The translations under genes were made by a program, and so were the position numbers. Source: Ignavibacteriota bacterium (GTDB taxonomy: Bacteria > Bacteroidota > Ignavibacteria > UBA10030). From it: DNA of 64,000 nucleotides. The notes below the pieces were generated by a model that worked only from the letters and a program-made list of their open reading frames with translations, did not search any database and was not told the DNA's origin. How positions within the stretch are numbered: position 1 is the first letter of the stretch; each line of letters opens with the position of its first letter. This document shows positions 39,215-50,762 of the stretch, piece by piece. The DNA lies in the NCBI GenBank assembly GCA_963701295.1, contig OY969585.1:3136001-3200000 (forward strand), given 5' to 3'.

Positions 39215-39703
39215 TAAGTTACGTGTGGTGGCATGCCCAGATTATGTGCCAATGAAAGGTTAGTATTTTTTTTAATATCAAGCGCTGGCAACCTGATAAG
39301 GTAAAATGTTTTTTGCTTAGAATTAAAAAAATACCAGTTCCGACGCATTACCAAATGTCGAGACTATTCAATCCTGTAGCAGATAAGGTTGTAGTAACTG
39401 TTGTTCGCAATTTTGGCAGGTATCCGATAGAAGAGCAAAAAGTTCTTGTTCCTTTTTCCAAGTTTCTCACACTGTTAAAGGAATTGGAGAAGCATAAGTT
39501 CAAAGAAGCATAAGAAATCGGACTTTTTAACCTGGCGCTTAATCTCGACTTATCCAGAAAAGCCGGAAGCCACGTGTACATGATGCGCACAAGAGTGTGC
39601 ACCAATAATAACGCATACATTCTTGAAGATTATCGTGCAAAGCACAATACAAATTATTAGTACGCAAATTCATAGCGCGCAGTGGCGTCGAGTGTAGTGG
39701 AAG

Positions 39704-41536
39704 CTACAATTCAAGAAGTTGGATGATATCAAATCGCTTCATTTTAGAAAGTTCAACTTTGAGTTCCTTTCGTTTCTCTTTGTCATAGAGGAAGAAAAAG
39801 AGCTGCTGCATTTTCTTTTCCTTTATCGAACGAGGTATATCCATTTTTTCCAATGTGTAAGGATCAAATCCGGTATAAAACATTACTGAGGCGAGAGTCA
39901 TGGGTGTTGGAGTAAAATCCTGAACCTGTTCCAACTTCATATTCAGTTTTTGCATGTGAATAGCAATATCCGCCATATCCTCAAGCCCGCTCGCTGGTAG
40001 GCTTGAAATAAAATACGGGATCAGTTGCTGATTTAATCCATATTCCTGACAAATATCCGTGAACCGGTTATATACATGGATGAACAGATCGAAGGAAGGT
40101 TTGCGCAGGAGTTTTAAAACTTTTTCTGAAGTATGTTCCGGAGCAACTTTTAACCTGCCCGAAACATGATGAACAACAAGTTCCTTAAAATATTCAAGCG
40201 CCGAAGGATCGACAGGCTTATTCTTTTTATCGAGGATAAGATCGTACCTGATTCCGCTTCCAACGGTAATTTTTTTGATGCCCTTCACCTTTCTCGCTTC
40301 ATTGTAAAGTTCAATGAGCGGTGTGTAATTGGTATCTAAGTTTTTACAAAGAACAGGATACAAACACGATGGCCGTTTGCATATGGCACATTGTTTTAGA
40401 TTAATGCCTTTCATCTCATACATGTTTGCCGAAGGACCGCCCAGATCGGTAATGTGTCCCTTAAAAGATGGAGCATGAACAATTGCCTTCAGTTCTTTCA
40501 GTATAGAACTTTTGGAACGGCTTGAAATAAATTTTCCCTGATGAGCGGAAATAGTACAAAATGAACACCCTCCAAAGCATCCCCTGTGAATTGTCACAGA
40601 ATCTTTGATCATTTCATACGCCGGAATCGGCTCTTTGCCATTGTATCTTGGATGCGGCAGGCGCGTATAAGGCAGATCATAGACGTTGTCAATTTCTTTC
40701 TGCGAAAGCGGCGGATATGCCGGATTCACTATTACCCATTCCTTCCCTGTTTTCTCAGCAAGAGATCGTTGTTCAAGTTTATTTGATTCCTCTTCGGTGA
40801 TCACAAAGTTGCGTGCAAACGCTTTCTTGCTCTTCACGCAATCCTCATAAGAGGCAAGCAAAATTATTTTATCATTTTGTGCGGAAGGATATTCTTTTGC
40901 ACGAAAAGCCGTTTGAGGAATTTGTGTTATGCTTTCAATGCTCTCGCCTCTTCCTAATTTCTTCGCTACTGCTACGATAGATTTTTCCGCCATTCCATAG
41001 ACAAGGAGATCTGCATTTGAATCAATCAATATGGAAGGTTTTAAAGAGTCACTCCAATAATCGTAATGCGTAAGCCTGCGGAGCGAAGCTTCGATCCCCC
41101 CGATGATTAAGGGAACTTGCGGAAAGAGCGATTTCAGGATTTTTGAATATACCGTTACTGCATAATCTGGCCTCTGTCCCGATTTATTCCCTGGTGTGAA
41201 TGCATCGTTGGAACGGAGACGTTTGTTTGCTGTATAGTGGTTGATCATCGAGTCCATATTACCCGATGTCACTCCAAAGAACAGCCTTGGTATTCCTAAT
41301 TTCTTAAAATCCCTGAGGTCATCGCGCCAGTTAGGCTGCGGAACAATGGCGACTGTATATCCGGTTTTTTCCAGTACCCGTGCAACAACCGCGGCACCAA
41401 ATGCCGGGTGGTCAACAAATGCATCTCCTGTAAAGAGTATGACATCGGCTTGTTGCCAACCAAGCTCCTGCATCCCCTTTATGGATGTAGGAAAGAAATC
41501 GGCATGTCTAGATGTTTGACTAATTGCGCTTTTCAT
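39704..41536 (-). CDS. ygiQ: YgiQ family radical SAM protein
   Basis: GDA.VDHP.FG, RGCFGGCSFC and LKVAPEH. Confidence 0.92.
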   Translation of the reverse strand: MKSAISQTSRHADFFPTSIKGMQELGWQQADVILFTGDAFVDHPAFGAAVVARVLEKTGYTVAIVPQPNWRDDLRDFKKLGIPRLFFGVTSGNMDSMINHYTANKRLRSNDAFTPGNKSGQRPDYAVTVYSKILKSLFPQVPLIIGGIEASLRRLTHYDYWSDSLKPSILIDSNADLLVYGMAEKSIVAVAKKLGRGESIESITQIPQTAFRAKEYPSAQNDKIILLASYEDCVKSKKAFARNFVITEEESNKLEQRSLAEKTGKEWVIVNPAYPPLSQKEIDNVYDLPYTRLPHPRYNGKEPIPAYEMIKDSVTIHRGCFGGCSFCTISAHQGKFISSRSKSSILKELKAIVHAPSFKGHITDLGGPSANMYEMKGINLKQCAICKRPSCLYPVLCKNLDTNYTPLIELYNEARKVKGIKKITVGSGIRYDLILDKKNKPVDPSALEYFKELVVHHVSGRLKVAPEHTSEKVLKLLRKPSFDLFIHVYNRFTDICQEYGLNQQLIPYFISSLPASGLEDMADIAIHMQKLNMKLEQVQDFTPTPMTLASVMFYTGFDPYTLEKMDIPRSIKEKKMQQLFFFLYDKEKRKELKVELSKMKRFDIIQLLEL

Positions 41537-41830
41537 TTATCTCTCTAACAAACTTAAGCACGATGGTATTGCATAATATAAGACTTCATATTGAATGTTT
41601 AATTTCTAAGAATGCTTTTAACCACCCCTTCTTTTCACTATCAAATAATGACGAGTTTTCTCCTCCTTAAATGAAGAGGGGATAAAGGGGTGGTGGAATA
41701 GCGGTGTAAGAAGATAATCGATTTTTATTTTTATGTGATATTGCGAAACATCGGGAATTTAAAAAGAAAACCCCCAACTATCTTTTGAATAATCAGTGTT
41801 TCAAGAAAATAGCACTATGGTACTACTAGA

Positions 41831-43288
41831 TTACACAACATATGTCGATGAAGCTGTATCCCCGCCGCGTCCTGTCCAATTCGTATGGAAGAATTCACCG
41901 CGCGGTTTATCAATCCGTTCGTACGTATGCGCACCAAAATAATCGCGCTGTGCTTGCAGGAGATTTGCAGGCAGTCTCTTCTGACGATAGCCATCATAGA
42001 ACGCAAGCGATGAACTCATTGCTGGCATCGGAATTCCAACCTGTGCTGCCGTTGCGACAACCTTCCGCCATGAATCCTGGCAGTTCGCCGCGATTTTCTT
42101 AAAATATGGATCGAGAAGAATATTTGCGAGTTTCGGATTCTTATCATATGCATCTTTGATTTTTCCAAGGAAGGTGCTGCGGATAATACATCCACCGCGC
42201 CACAGAAGCGCGATTCCGCCGTAATTCAGATCCCATTTATATTCCTTCGCTGCTTCCTTCATCAACATATATCCCTGTGCATAGGAAGTGAGTTTCGAAG
42301 CATACATTGCCTTGTGTATATCTTCCACAATCTTTTTTTTATTACCGCTGATATTTTTCTTCGTGGGCCCCTTTAAAATCTTTGAAGCGATAACACGCTC
42401 ATCTTTAATAGCAGAGAGACAACGCGCAAAGACCGCTTCCGAGACCATTGTCATGGGAATGCCAAGATCAAGAGCTGAAACACTCGCCCATTTCCCTGTC
42501 CCCTTTTGTCCCGCTGTGTCGAGAATAGAATCTATAACATACTTTTTCTTTTCATCTTTATAGTTAAGAATATCTCGAGTGATTTCGATAAGATAGGACT
42601 TTAACTCACTTTCGTTCCATTCTTTGAAAACTTCATACATCTCTCTATTGCTCATGCCCAGGCCATCTTTCATCATCTGATAGCATTCACAAATAAGCTG
42701 CATATCGCCGTACTCAATGCCGTTATGAACCATCTTGACGAAATGGCCCGCCCCATCATTCCCTACCCAATCGCAGCATGGAGTACCATCTTCCACTTTC
42801 GCTGCAATTGCCTGAAAGATCTGTTTCACAGCCGGCCATGCCGCTGGTGAACCGCCGGGCATAATAGACGGGCCTTTCAACGCGCCTTCTTCACCGCCGG
42901 AAACGCCTGTGCCGATAAACAATAGACCCTTACTCTCCAGATATTTTGTTCTTCGGATAGTATCAAGAAAATGTGAATTGCCTCCGTCAATAATAATATC
43001 GCCTGTTTCGAGAAACGGAATCAGCTGCTCGATGAATTCATCAACCGCCTTCCCTGCTTTGACCATGAGCATTGCTTTGCGCGGGCGCTTCAAAGCAGCA
43101 ACGAGTTCTTGAATCGTATGTGCACCGATGAATTTCTTTCCCACACCCCTGCCCTGTATAAATTGATCTACTTTTTCTGTCGTACGGTTAAAAACAGAAG
43201 CGGTAAATCCGCGGCTCTCGATATTCAATACAAGGTTTTCACCCATGACTGCTAATCCTACTAATCCAAAATCAGCTTTTTGTTCCAT
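41831..43288 (-). CDS. gndA: 6-phosphogluconate dehydrogenase (decarboxylating)
   Basis: GLAVMG, GVSGGEEGA and HFVKMVHNGIEY; start MEQKADF. Confidence 0.96.
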   Translation of the reverse strand: MEQKADFGLVGLAVMGENLVLNIESRGFTASVFNRTTEKVDQFIQGRGVGKKFIGAHTIQELVAALKRPRKAMLMVKAGKAVDEFIEQLIPFLETGDIIIDGGNSHFLDTIRRTKYLESKGLLFIGTGVSGGEEGALKGPSIMPGGSPAAWPAVKQIFQAIAAKVEDGTPCCDWVGNDGAGHFVKMVHNGIEYGDMQLICECYQMMKDGLGMSNREMYEVFKEWNESELKSYLIEITRDILNYKDEKKKYVIDSILDTAGQKGTGKWASVSALDLGIPMTMVSEAVFARCLSAIKDERVIASKILKGPTKKNISGNKKKIVEDIHKAMYASKLTSYAQGYMLMKEAAKEYKWDLNYGGIALLWRGGCIIRSTFLGKIKDAYDKNPKLANILLDPYFKKIAANCQDSWRKVVATAAQVGIPMPAMSSSLAFYDGYRQKRLPANLLQAQRDYFGAHTYERIDKPRGEFFHTNWTGRGGDTASSTYVV

Positions 43289-43346
43289 TCTTGTTTTTCC
43301 TCTACGTGAGCAGTTGATGTGTATAACACGATTATGAATTTTTAAG

Positions 43347-44618
43347 TTATTTGAAACGACCTTGATGAGCCCACAAACCCAACGCCGGATTTGAAATATA
43401 GAATATCTTCTCTCCATCGGGCAGAGTGTTAAAACCATCCTTGAGTTTTTCAGGGTTGTACTTCTTCGTCATCTCATTCAACTCTGCATAATTGAAGTTG
43501 ACACTTTCGATTTCTTGTTTTGTAAGATACCCGGGGCAATACGTAATCGAGAAGCGCCGTTCGGACGAGCCATGAATCAAATGTGCAGCTGCACCAAGAT
43601 TGTTTTTCAGGTCATCTTCGGTCTTTACAAGTTCCAATATTTTTGGTGTACCAACATAGCCATATTTACGAATCAGCGAATCGATCTGTTTATCCTCGCC
43701 AAATTCTTTTAGAGCCGGAGCGAGAACGATCAGTTCTCCTCCATCTGCAATTGCCATACGGGTGCGATAGATGCTCTTATTGCCAAGCCAGGTACTCTTA
43801 AATTCCAAGGGATCAAGATGCACAACAACTTTCTTTAACGGCTCTTCGACCATTTGAAAATTTACTTTGAGCGATAATGCTGCTGCAAGATCAAAGCATT
43901 CCATATCATCGCCGATATAGAGACCGCGGACTTTCAGTTGTCCATCTACACCGGACGAAACGACCGTCAGAACGTAGATAATCGGCAAATGCGCTGCAAA
44001 TTGATCTGATGCATAATTATAAACACGTCGTACCGGATTATCTGCGCGTCCCATAATGCGTTCCATCCCGTACACCGCCCCGAGAAAATGACTTTTATTA
44101 ATCCCTTCAGGTCCGCCAGTTCCAACAAGAATGTTTTTATTATAATTTGCCATCCCGATTACTTCATGCGGCACGACCTGGCCAAGTGATAAAATCAGGT
44201 CGAATTTTCCTTCGACCAGCAGTTTGTTGACTTGTGCCTTCCAAGGATAATCCAGCTTTCCTTCCGATTGTTGATATATGAATTCGGGAGGTACCTCGCC
44301 CAGTGTCACTACATCTTTTCGCCAATCGTGCACACGAAAAAGATTGAGCGGTATATTACTGAACATAGTTTTGGTTTCTTGTTCGGTCATCGCAGTGTGA
44401 GTCCCCAGTGCCGGCAGGATATCCGTAAGTTTTTCCTTGTAGTATTCCCATGTCAGGCGCGTGAGTATCCCGGCATGTGAATGAAAGCGTGTAAAGTCAG
44501 GTGGAATAGCTAATACTTTTTTCTTCACACCTAATTTTAAAAACGCAACAGTAAGCCCTTTCTTCAGATCTTCTTCATAGAGAACTTCACTTTCCGAGCC
44601 ACGGCTGTAAAACAGCAT
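43347..44618 (-). CDS. Lactate racemase N-terminal domain (DUF2088) protein
   Basis: PPD.TR, ALGTH and VPHEV.G. Confidence 0.82.
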   Translation of the reverse strand: MLFYSRGSESEVLYEEDLKKGLTVAFLKLGVKKKVLAIPPDFTRFHSHAGILTRLTWEYYKEKLTDILPALGTHTAMTEQETKTMFSNIPLNLFRVHDWRKDVVTLGEVPPEFIYQQSEGKLDYPWKAQVNKLLVEGKFDLILSLGQVVPHEVIGMANYNKNILVGTGGPEGINKSHFLGAVYGMERIMGRADNPVRRVYNYASDQFAAHLPIIYVLTVVSSGVDGQLKVRGLYIGDDMECFDLAAALSLKVNFQMVEEPLKKVVVHLDPLEFKSTWLGNKSIYRTRMAIADGGELIVLAPALKEFGEDKQIDSLIRKYGYVGTPKILELVKTEDDLKNNLGAAAHLIHGSSERRFSITYCPGYLTKQEIESVNFNYAELNEMTKKYNPEKLKDGFNTLPDGEKIFYISNPALGLWAHQGRFK

Positions 44619-44699
44619 CGTATATTTTCCTTTTTGCTATCTACTTATAAAACAGAAGAACACAGATGATAGTTCTCCGATAAAGTTCCCCTTTCATTC

Positions 44700-44929
44700 T
44701 TTATGTAAAAGTTACCGCTGCATACATGCTGATCCGCCTTTGGCAACCACTCGCGTTTAATTTACTGAGTACCTACTTCAAACCATTCATGACCTGCTGT
44801 TTTAATTCAGCTTTTAACAATGAACACATTGCTTTTTGCCATCGCACCGCACAATACTCCACCGACCCCGGTAATCGCAATAGTCTTTCCAGTGAAATCA
44901 CAAGTATTCGTTACATCCTGTAAGTTCAT
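44700..44929 (-). pseudogene. Remnant of an SDR oxidoreductase N-terminus (D-mannonate oxidoreductase-like)
   Basis: MNLQDVTNTCDFTGKTIAITGVGGVLCGAMAK, then an early stop. Confidence 0.6.
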
Positions 44930-45252
44930 TGGTTTACCCTTTACATAAAACATCTGTTCAAAACATTTAATACTACATGAATATAATGGAGATTATATGA
45001 TTTTGCCATAGTTAATCCACCTTATCGTAGAAATGTTTAAGGATTGTATTGCGAGAGGACAAAAGAGTTGAAAAATATATTGTTGCTTAGAAAAGTAGCA
45101 ATATTCTCGTATGAGAGTAAATTAATTTTCTCGAAAAGATTGCTTGTCTACACAACGCCATTCAGGTTCGCATAAACTTTCTTTATGATTCATACCTGAT
45201 CGATCAGATATAAAAAACCGTATCCAACAAAGGGCAGTCAATTTCTCATTAG

Positions 45253-48147
45253 TTATTTTTCCGGAACTGCATGCCTTAGCGTAACAGCTTTTGTTTGAAT
45301 CTTCATGATCGCGGGCTTCAATCCCGGTGAGGTAGCGGACAACGTGATTTCACCCAGCCGCCTTGTAGACTGAACAATTATTTGAGCCATTCCATTAAAA
45401 GTTTTTCGTTTCCATTGTCCGGCAGGATTAATAATTTGAATCAAACCCGGATCGGTGTTCGGTTCATCCCATTGGCTTGCTTTCCTGAATCGTTGTCCTA
45501 TAACAGCATAACCATTTTTTCCGGATGTAATTCTATTGTGGTCGAGTCGGAATGATTGGTTCGGAGCATTACGTTTGATATTGGATGCAAGCAAATGTCC
45601 ATCGACATAAATCGACTGGTTCTCAACAATACTCTTTGTAAATAGATTTACTTCGGTTTCGTTTGTGATATCAGGTAACTCAAACGTCCCTCGAATGACA
45701 ATGAGCGAGTCAGTATAGACGCGCCAATCGTCACTTCTTTGACTTTTTAAGACCGGTTTCCAAGCTGAGTCATCAAATCCGGAAGCTACTTCGGGACGAT
45801 CGTTCAGATTGTTCACAGCCAGTTCTTTCAGGTTCTCAATTTTTAACGTCTTTATGGTTTCGAAATATTTGTCGGCTTCATGACTCGACGGATCGCCGTT
45901 GCCTACTCCGATAATTTTTCCTGGTCCATTCAAGGAAAAATTGATTTCGTTATCCGCAGTTGGCATCATCAACCCCTGAACGTCATGAATCTGAACGGTG
46001 ATAACAGCTACGTCTTCGCCATCGGCCTGAATACTTTTTCGGTCAGGTGAAAGCTGAATAATCGCCGGTGCACTGCTCGTTACCACTTTTTTTGTAATGA
46101 TTTCTTTACCAGATTTATATCCGCGGGCCAGCAAAATGCCCTGTTGGTAATTTACTTTCCATTCGAGATGGCTGTTTACAAGCACGGTTTTTTTACCAAG
46201 CGATTTATTGTTCAGGAAGAGTTCAACCTCGTCACAGTTGCTATAGACAGTAACATTTATTTCCTTGCTTTCATGTCCTTTCCAGTTCCAATGCGGCATA
46301 ATATGAAGAACCGGTTCTTTTCCCCACCACGATTTGAGATAATAAAAAACATCTTTGGGGAAACCGCATAAATCGATACATCCGGATTGATTGATCACAG
46401 CAGGCCAGTTATATGGATTTGATTCACCGCGATAGTCGAAACCTGTCCAATAGAACAAGCCGGAAAGAAACGGTCGTGCTGCATAGAATTGCCAACCTGA
46501 TTCGGCCCCGACATTCTCTGGTATACGTTTGGTTGGCTCCATATGAGCTTTAAGATTATCCGTGATATAAATACCTCGTGTCTGCTTGGTATTAGTTTCC
46601 TCGGTACCGATCCCTGCCTGCCAAGGAAATTCTTCGTGATGCCTGTCGATATCACCCTGTACAATATAGTTGTAACCCATTACTTGAACGACCATTCCAC
46701 TGCCTTTATCCCATCCACCGCTTACTGCAACAGTGAATGCACGTGATGAGTCGAAACGCTGGGCATAGGTCTGCATTGAAGCCGTTACGCGCGTACCTTT
46801 GATATTACTTTCAATTGCCCATTCTTCATTACCCAGCGACCATAAAACCACGCTTGGATGATTCCGATCACGCTTCATAAGGCGTTCAAGACAACTAAGA
46901 TGTTCTTCGTTGCTGCCCATGAGCCTGTTCTCGTCGAGCACGAGCATTCCAAGTCTGTCGCATGCATCAAGAAATTCAGGAGTCGGAGGATTGTGCGAAG
47001 TACGGATAGCGTTACTTCCCATATCTTTTAATCGTTGAATGCGGTATTCCTGCAAAGCATCGGGAATGGCTGTTCCAACCCCGGCATGATCTTGGTGGTT
47101 GTTGGTTCCAACAATTTTCACATGTTTTCCGTTCAGAAAGAAACCTTCATTCGCATCGAACCGGACAGTGCGAATACCAAAACTCGTTTCATACGTATCG
47201 ACTATCTTGCCGGCTGATCGGATAACTGTTTTGAGTATGTGTACATTAGGTGTTTCGATAGACCATAATTTTGGATTGATGACATTGTAGAAGCTAAAGT
47301 ATTCTGCCTGGTTACCAGCGGGGAGTGATAGTTGCTTTTTTGTTCCTGAAACAACAGTTTTTCCATCGGCATCGATAATGACTTCATCAATATCGAAAGT
47401 TGAACTTTCTCTTGATTCATTGACAACACTTGTACGTGCAGTGATAATTGCGAGATCGTCTTTTAAATCAGAAGTGACAAATGTACCATGGCGTGGTATA
47501 TGCAGAGGCGCAGTTTTCGTAAGCCATACATGACGGTAAATTCCTGCCCCTTCGTAGTACCAGCCTTCCTCCATGGTAGCATCAACGCGGACAGCGACAA
47601 TATTGTCATCGCCATAATTAAGGTAATCGCTTATGTCATAACTAAAACTTGTGGAGCCGCTATGTTCAGTACCAAGATAAAACCCGTTCACCCAGACGAT
47701 GGAATTGCGATGCACACCATCAAATTCAATGGAGATGCGTTTGCCCAGATCGGATTCAGAAATAAAAAAAGATTTTCGGTACCAACCTACGCTGTTTTCA
47801 GGAAAATCGCGGCCAATAGCTCTATATCCGTGACTATGCCCGCCGCGCGCATCAAACGGAAGTTCGACGCACCAATCGTGCGGCAAGTCAAGTGTTCGCC
47901 AGGCACGATCGTCAAATTCTTTTGATGCAGCCCCGTCGCCAAAGCCTATTTTCGTAAAGTACGAGAAGTAACTTGTTCCGTTATTAAAATCTTTCTGAGC
48001 ATCGTAAGAATGCCCTAGTGCAAAATGCCAGCCAAAATCCATTAAAAGATGTTCCCGACCGTCAATTTTTTTTGTAGACGTTTTATCCTGGCAAAATGCA
48101 TATATCGAAATGAAAAGTGTAGATAAGATACAAAGTGTTTTTTTCAT
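45253..48147 (-). CDS. GH2 beta-galactosidase
   Basis: LPHDW, GWYRK, NAIRTSHNP, RDRNHPSV..WSLGNE and WTGFDY.GE. Confidence 0.93.
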   Translation of the reverse strand: MKKTLCILSTLFISIYAFCQDKTSTKKIDGREHLLMDFGWHFALGHSYDAQKDFNNGTSYFSYFTKIGFGDGAASKEFDDRAWRTLDLPHDWCVELPFDARGGHSHGYRAIGRDFPENSVGWYRKSFFISESDLGKRISIEFDGVHRNSIVWVNGFYLGTEHSGSTSFSYDISDYLNYGDDNIVAVRVDATMEEGWYYEGAGIYRHVWLTKTAPLHIPRHGTFVTSDLKDDLAIITARTSVVNESRESSTFDIDEVIIDADGKTVVSGTKKQLSLPAGNQAEYFSFYNVINPKLWSIETPNVHILKTVIRSAGKIVDTYETSFGIRTVRFDANEGFFLNGKHVKIVGTNNHQDHAGVGTAIPDALQEYRIQRLKDMGSNAIRTSHNPPTPEFLDACDRLGMLVLDENRLMGSNEEHLSCLERLMKRDRNHPSVVLWSLGNEEWAIESNIKGTRVTASMQTYAQRFDSSRAFTVAVSGGWDKGSGMVVQVMGYNYIVQGDIDRHHEEFPWQAGIGTEETNTKQTRGIYITDNLKAHMEPTKRIPENVGAESGWQFYAARPFLSGLFYWTGFDYRGESNPYNWPAVINQSGCIDLCGFPKDVFYYLKSWWGKEPVLHIMPHWNWKGHESKEINVTVYSNCDEVELFLNNKSLGKKTVLVNSHLEWKVNYQQGILLARGYKSGKEIITKKVVTSSAPAIIQLSPDRKSIQADGEDVAVITVQIHDVQGLMMPTADNEINFSLNGPGKIIGVGNGDPSSHEADKYFETIKTLKIENLKELAVNNLNDRPEVASGFDDSAWKPVLKSQRSDDWRVYTDSLIVIRGTFELPDITNETEVNLFTKSIVENQSIYVDGHLLASNIKRNAPNQSFRLDHNRITSGKNGYAVIGQRFRKASQWDEPNTDPGLIQIINPAGQWKRKTFNGMAQIIVQSTRRLGEITLSATSPGLKPAIMKIQTKAVTLRHAVPEK

Positions 48148-48417
48148 ATTAACCCATTTATAAAATTTGTATTCAGAAACCCTCAGATTGCAACAGTGAC
48201 TTATAAATATGTTGCAATTTCACGAAAAGCTCCGTAGCGAACTGTTATCCAAAAAATAGTAACAAGTTTTCCATTCAACAGCAAATCTGGATTAGCGTTT
48301 GTATAATTGTTAGAGGTCTTTTGTTGGGAAGTTTGCCTTTTCCTCACTTTCTATGTATTTTTCATCGCAGTGAATTATATGGTTCCCTATCGAACAAAAA
48401 CCTACAAGGCAACATTA

Positions 48418-49770
48418 ATGAAATATTTCACTTTCTTTTTCGTTTTTTACTCTTCGATCTCCTTTGCTCAATTCGATAAAGAGGCAACCCGATTGGATGC
48501 CCACACGATGAGTCCCATGATATTTGAAGCTATTCCATATTGGAGCAGCGACACGACATCCATCGAACTCTTCGTTCTCTATCGTATGAGTCCGTCGTTT
48601 TTCTTTTTTGCAAAGACAGACAACGCACAACAAGAAAGTTACGAAGCAAAAGGTGAATTAATTGTTGAAATCATGGATAGTAACAGTGTCACAGTTGGAC
48701 GCGACTTCCGCCCGATGCGGATTGAACGAACCTCGATGCCTGCAGAGGATGTGCTTCCATCTGATGAGATTCAAGGAATTTTTACTTTTAAACTCAAAAA
48801 GGGATTTTTTAAAATTGTTATTGAAGCGAAAGACAGCGAGTCTGGTAAATCATTCATCAATCACGATACAAAAGTGGATGCTCGGACTTTTTCTGCTTCC
48901 AGTTTGAATGTTTCTCCTATCATGTTTGTCGATCCGATACAATCCGACTCCTCTTCATCCAACCATATTATTTGTTTCCCGAAAAACCATGGCGGTAATA
49001 TTATCATTGGACAAACAGGAGTATGCTTGTTTCAAGTCGTTTCACCAGACACAAACACTGACATTCACCTTGCTTGGAAAATACAAAGCAAGAGCGAAGA
49101 CGATGACGAGATTTCGCAAAAATTACAGGGCGAACAATGTTCCCAGCAAAACGGCACACTTGTCTTGATCGAAAATGCAAAGCGTGTCTCTTTTACAGTA
49201 AAAAAAGGGCCGTCGTACAGCCGATTCGTCTTTGCATCGATTCCCTTAGAACGGTTGGATGCCGGTACATATATGTTCACCACAATAGTGACTCAAGGTA
49301 CCTTGAAGTCTGTGAAAGAATTTAGATATAAAGTTATTTGGCCGCTCAAACCTCGTTCTCTTTCCGATCCTAAACTTGCCGTTGACGCATTGAAACTTAT
49401 CGCAACAGAAGAAGAAATCGACCAAATGTCTGTGTTCAGTTCCGTCAAATCGAGAAAAGCGTTCCAAACATTCTGGCATAAACGCAATCCAGACACTACA
49501 CATGCGTATAATTCAGTCATGGCTGAATACTACCGCCGCGTAGATGAATCAATTAAGAGATTTTCTATTGCAGATGAAAAAGACGGATATCGTACTGACC
49601 GCGGACACATCTATATCTTATTCGGCGCACCATCCATAACAAATCGCTTGCTGAAACCGAATGCATCGCCAACCGAAATCTGGACATATGAAAAACTTAA
49701 AAAGCGATTTACTTTTAGGGATTCAAAGAAAAACGGCAATTATATTCTTGTGAAGACGGAGAATTATTGA
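48418..49770 (+). CDS. GWxTD domain-containing protein
   Basis: FW..R.P...N....EYY.RV...GY.TDRG.IYI.FG.P; start taken at MKYF. Confidence 0.85.
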   Translation: MKYFTFFFVFYSSISFAQFDKEATRLDAHTMSPMIFEAIPYWSSDTTSIELFVLYRMSPSFFFFAKTDNAQQESYEAKGELIVEIMDSNSVTVGRDFRPMRIERTSMPAEDVLPSDEIQGIFTFKLKKGFFKIVIEAKDSESGKSFINHDTKVDARTFSASSLNVSPIMFVDPIQSDSSSSNHIICFPKNHGGNIIIGQTGVCLFQVVSPDTNTDIHLAWKIQSKSEDDDEISQKLQGEQCSQQNGTLVLIENAKRVSFTVKKGPSYSRFVFASIPLERLDAGTYMFTTIVTQGTLKSVKEFRYKVIWPLKPRSLSDPKLAVDALKLIATEEEIDQMSVFSSVKSRKAFQTFWHKRNPDTTHAYNSVMAEYYRRVDESIKRFSIADEKDGYRTDRGHIYILFGAPSITNRLLKPNASPTEIWTYEKLKKRFTFRDSKKNGNYILVKTENY

Positions 49771-50762
49771 AACCCATTATTGTTATAACGATAGGTGATT
49801 TTAACGGTATCGGCCCAGAACTTGCACTTAAAGCCGCAATTCATCCAACTATAAAAAAGCTCTGCGTACCAATTCTCATCGGGCCATTAAGTGTTTTTGA
49901 ACAGACAGCAAAAAACTGTAAACTCAAAGTACCGCTTGCACAAACAACGTTAGTCCAGCTTCATCGATCTGGTCTTTCGGTTATAGATGTTGGGGATGGT
50001 ATTGGTGCAGATATCCAGTATGGCACTACCACAAAAACGGCGGGTCGATCTGCAGGTGCTGCTCTTGAGCGCGCTGTTGAACTCTGCGTGCAAGGAAAGG
50101 CAGCAGCAATGGTCACTGCTCCTCTATCCAAAGAAGCGCTGAATCTTGCGGGTTATAGTTTCCCAGGACAAACAGAGATGATTGCACTCCTGAGTCGATC
50201 TCAGAACGTAGCGATGATGCTTGTATCAGATACAATGCGCGTAGGACTTGTTACTATCCACTCGGCGCTCAAGGATGTCGCAGCAAATATATCCAAAGAA
50301 AAAACTATCGAAAAAATCGCCATTATCAATTCATCACTGATGAAAGATTTTCACTTGAAGAAACCGCGGCTTGCCGTCCTTGCACTAAATCCACACGCAG
50401 GCGAGAAAGGATTGTTTGGTACTGAAGATGATGCAATGATCGCACCGGCGATAGCAGATTCCAAGGCAGCGGGAATTCTTGCCGAAGGTCCATTTTCTGC
50501 TGATGCATTCTTTGGAACACATGCGTATAAAAAGTATGATGCGATTGTGGCAATGTACCATGATCAGGGATTAATTCCACTCAAGATGAGTTCATTCGGA
50601 AAAGGTGTGAATTTTTCAGCAGGACTGAAGATCGTCCGCACTTCACCTGACCACGGCACGGCCTACGACATTGCTGGAAAGAACAAAGCAAACCTATCCA
50701 GCATGATCGAAGCGATCAAGCTTGCCATTCAAATATCACAGAATAGGCGCGATCATGATTGA
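49767..50762 (+). CDS. pdxA: 4-hydroxythreonine-4-phosphate dehydrogenase
   Basis: GD.NGIGPE, LNPHAGE, MYHDQG and RTSPDHGT. Confidence 0.95.
   Translation: MKPIIVITIGDFNGIGPELALKAAIHPTIKKLCVPILIGPLSVFEQTAKNCKLKVPLAQTTLVQLHRSGLSVIDVGDGIGADIQYGTTTKTAGRSAGAALERAVELCVQGKAAAMVTAPLSKEALNLAGYSFPGQTEMIALLSRSQNVAMMLVSDTMRVGLVTIHSALKDVAANISKEKTIEKIAIINSSLMKDFHLKKPRLAVLALNPHAGEKGLFGTEDDAMIAPAIADSKAAGILAEGPFSADAFFGTHAYKKYDAIVAMYHDQGLIPLKMSSFGKGVNFSAGLKIVRTSPDHGTAYDIAGKNKANLSSMIEAIKLAIQISQNRRDHD

Noticed and set aside
41620-41696. ACCACCCC...GGGGTGGT palindrome
   Set aside because: Single copy here; terminator or REP-like, with nothing further supportable.
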